Shown piece by piece: positions 61,554 through 64,000 of a stretch of DNA of 64,000 nucleotides. The notes beneath the pieces are model-generated. The model saw nothing but the letters and a program-made list of their open reading frames with translations, was not told where the DNA came from and ran no database searches. Both the position numbers and the translations under genes were made by a program. Source of the stretch: the human T2T-CHM13v2.0 reference genome, Homo sapiens; assembly GCF_009914755.1 (NCBI RefSeq), contig NC_060926.1; one strand, given 5' to 3'. Position 1 is the stretch's first letter. Each line of letters opens with the position of its first letter.

Positions 61554-62109
61554 CACCATTAGATTATACTCTCTTGGTATAAATTATTTAAAAACAAATC
61601 CCAAACTAATACATAAACAAGCCGAACAAACCTATCAGCATAAACTTATAAACACAAACACAGGCAATACACAGACACCAGGTAAAACAGGGATGGTATT
61701 TCTGGATGGTTTAATCATGAATGGCGGTAGGCAGTGTAAGAAAAAAGTTCCTAGAGCATGATAAACCTTGGTTTCTGGCACAGGATAAACCTTTCATTTC
61801 ATGGTGTACATTTCACAATATTAAAAAAACCCCAGCCTGGTTTTCATGATTAAAGCCGTGGGGAAAGGACAATGTTTCCAGGGAGCAACGACTCGCAAGC
61901 ACACCCCTGGGGCTGTGCGGTGGCCGTCGGCGGGGCCAGCTTCAAAGTCCAACCCACAAGGCACAGGTTTTCAAATCTTTACCTCTGTGTACAAGAACGT
62001 ACATGAACTTTAAAAACGTGTGTTTCCTCGTCTGTGTTTAACACCCTAACGATGATCAGTTTGGGGGAGACGTACCCCTCCCTAATCACAGGTAGGACCA
62101 CTTCCCAAA

Positions 62110-62229
62110 TCAATGAAACGACCGTCCTCTTTTGTGTCTTGACTTCAGGTGTCCGGCCGAACGACGGAGTCTTTTCCTTTCTTGTCGATGCAGTTTCTCA
62201 GCCTCCTGTTGCTTCTTCTGCTGTTCAGA
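62110..62229 (-). CDS. NOL10: NOL10 (nucleolar protein 10) final coding exon, 39 aa + stop
   Basis: Minus strand reads ...ttcattttctcttttag|TCT GAA CAG CAG AAG AAG ... TTT CAT TGA = SEQQKKQQEAEKLHRQERKRLRRSAGHLKSRHKRGRSFH*. I recognise this as the NOL10 C-terminus. Strong polypyrimidine/AG acceptor at 62230-62231, phase 0. Confidence 0.93.
   Translation of the reverse strand, partial: SEQQKKQQEAEKLHRQERKRLRRSAGHLKSRHKRGRSFH

Positions 62230-64000
<1,771 letters not shown>

Larger units (their letters stand above)
60805..62109 (-). other. NOL10: NOL10 3'UTR (about 1.3 kb; 3' end approximate)
   Basis: Runs from the TGA at 62110-62112 to about 15-20 nt past the AATAAA at 60821-60826, with a U-rich tract downstream. 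Confidence 0.75.

Overview
This is primate (very probably human) genomic DNA, rich in Alu, L1, L2, MIR, LTR and DNA-transposon sequence. The only intact gene I recognise is NOL10. Its terminal exon lies on the minus strand at the right end (CDS 62110-62229, ...KLHRQERKRLRRSAGHLKSRHKRGRSFH*, AATAAA at 60821-60826). From recalled gene order, this places the window between ODC1 and NOL10 on 2p25.1. The most notable observation is a chain of about 20 exon-like segments on the + strand (about 1.9-52 kb), sitting in the unique DNA between repeats. They have AG/GT boundaries, mostly compatible splice phases, protein-like translations and scattered stops or frameshifts. This suggests an unnamed multi-exon gene relic (candidate unitary pseudogene) converging on NOL10. 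I cannot identify the protein, and the exon model was built by eye. Also present: a probable retrocopied mRNA 3'UTR fragment, a fossil Charlie/hAT transposase with nested insertions, several transposon-derived minisatellites, and structurally unusual Alus (5'-inverted, three-armed, closely inverted pair). Repeat subfamily names come from recalled consensus sequences, and their boundaries are approximate.
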